This document shows positions 63,111 to 64,000 of a DNA stretch of 64,000 bases, in pieces. The translations under genes and the position numbers were made by a program. Origin of the DNA: Camelus ferus (lineage: Eukaryota); NCBI RefSeq assembly GCF_009834535.1, contig NC_045696.1:105092001-105156000 (forward strand). The letters are read 5' to 3'. The notes beneath the pieces are model-generated. The model was not told the origin of the DNA. It worked only from the letters and a program-made list of their open reading frames with translations, and did not search any database. Every line of letters begins with the position of its first letter. Position 1 is the first letter of the stretch.

Positions 63111-64000
63111 GCTTTTATTTCTTTTGTTTCAAAAATCGCAATTTTATATTGTTTCCTACCAAACAGAACTGTGATGTGTATTTCACAATTTAAATTGCCA
63201 AATTTCTTACTTTTGACAGTTGAAACACATTTTCTAGAGCCTTAAAAACTTCTGGGAATTTCAAGAAAGAATAAATTCACCCCACTTCAAACTCTATATG
63301 TCTGCTTAGGAGCCAATCATCAAGTACTCAGCGGGAGTTGACTGAATTATTACTACATTATTAAACTGGATACTCAGCTCTCTGTAAGATCTAGAGGTGG
63401 TGGCAGCACTCACAGAAGGACAGGTTCCAGACAGGTGGGGAAGGGAGACCCCTTGGGGCAGCCTGGACAGGAGGTGGGGGAAAGAAAGGAGAGGGAAGGT
63501 CTGGAGGGACATGAGGGTACCACCCTTCTGTTGTCACCCTAACTTCACTGTGCAGTTGGACCACTGGGTGGGTCAGCCACACCTCTGGGGCACAGGTGAA
63601 GCACACAGAATTGCTGAACTTGGCCTCTCCAACTGGACAGTGCAGGGAGGAAGTGGGCCTTCACTCCAGAAAGATGTGGAAGGAGTGAAATGAGATGATA
63701 AATCTGAAAGCTCTTGGAAAATAAAAGGGCTATATAAATGCACAGGGTCATTACCGGATCTCGTGCGGCTGTGACAAGTCTGGCCCTAACTCATTGTAAC
63801 ATTATGGGGCAAGTATATTACAATAATCTGTGGTGGAGATAGAACTATCCTTTGTACATGGCAAATGTCTAGAAGGCCTGTGAGGAAATGCAGTATTTAT
63901 TAAAGAAATTAAACCAGGGCGTCCAAGGTGGACTCAAGAAGAGATCTGCTCCCTCCCTGAGATCTCAGAGGAATGTGTGTTAAGATGGTGGCCTCCCAAA

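Overview
This is non-coding mammalian genomic DNA, most likely from a camelid (alpaca, llama or camel). That assignment rests on four tRNA-Ala-derived Vic-1-type SINEs and cetartiodactyl/camelid-type L1 3' ends. I can support no protein-coding gene, structural RNA gene or CRISPR array; the ORF track is chance ORFs plus decayed L1 ORF1/ORF2 peptides. Much of the window is interspersed repeat: L1/HAL1, L2, MIR, MaLR and ERV solo LTRs, hAT MITEs (MER5, MER20, MER45, MER58, MER103, MER53-like) and microsatellites. Several repeat-free blocks between them look like developmental enhancers. Family names come from my recall of consensus sequences, not from a search, and most boundaries are approximate. 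I found no convincing new biological system. The most notable observations are: (1) an ancient L2 fragment of 240 bp cleanly inserted inside a much younger L1, which also carries exon-like splice signals; (2) a SINE that appears to carry 3' flank from its source locus; (3) a twin-primed inverted L1; (4) a 5'-intact, 3'-deleted L1; (5) two dense transcription-factor motif clusters.
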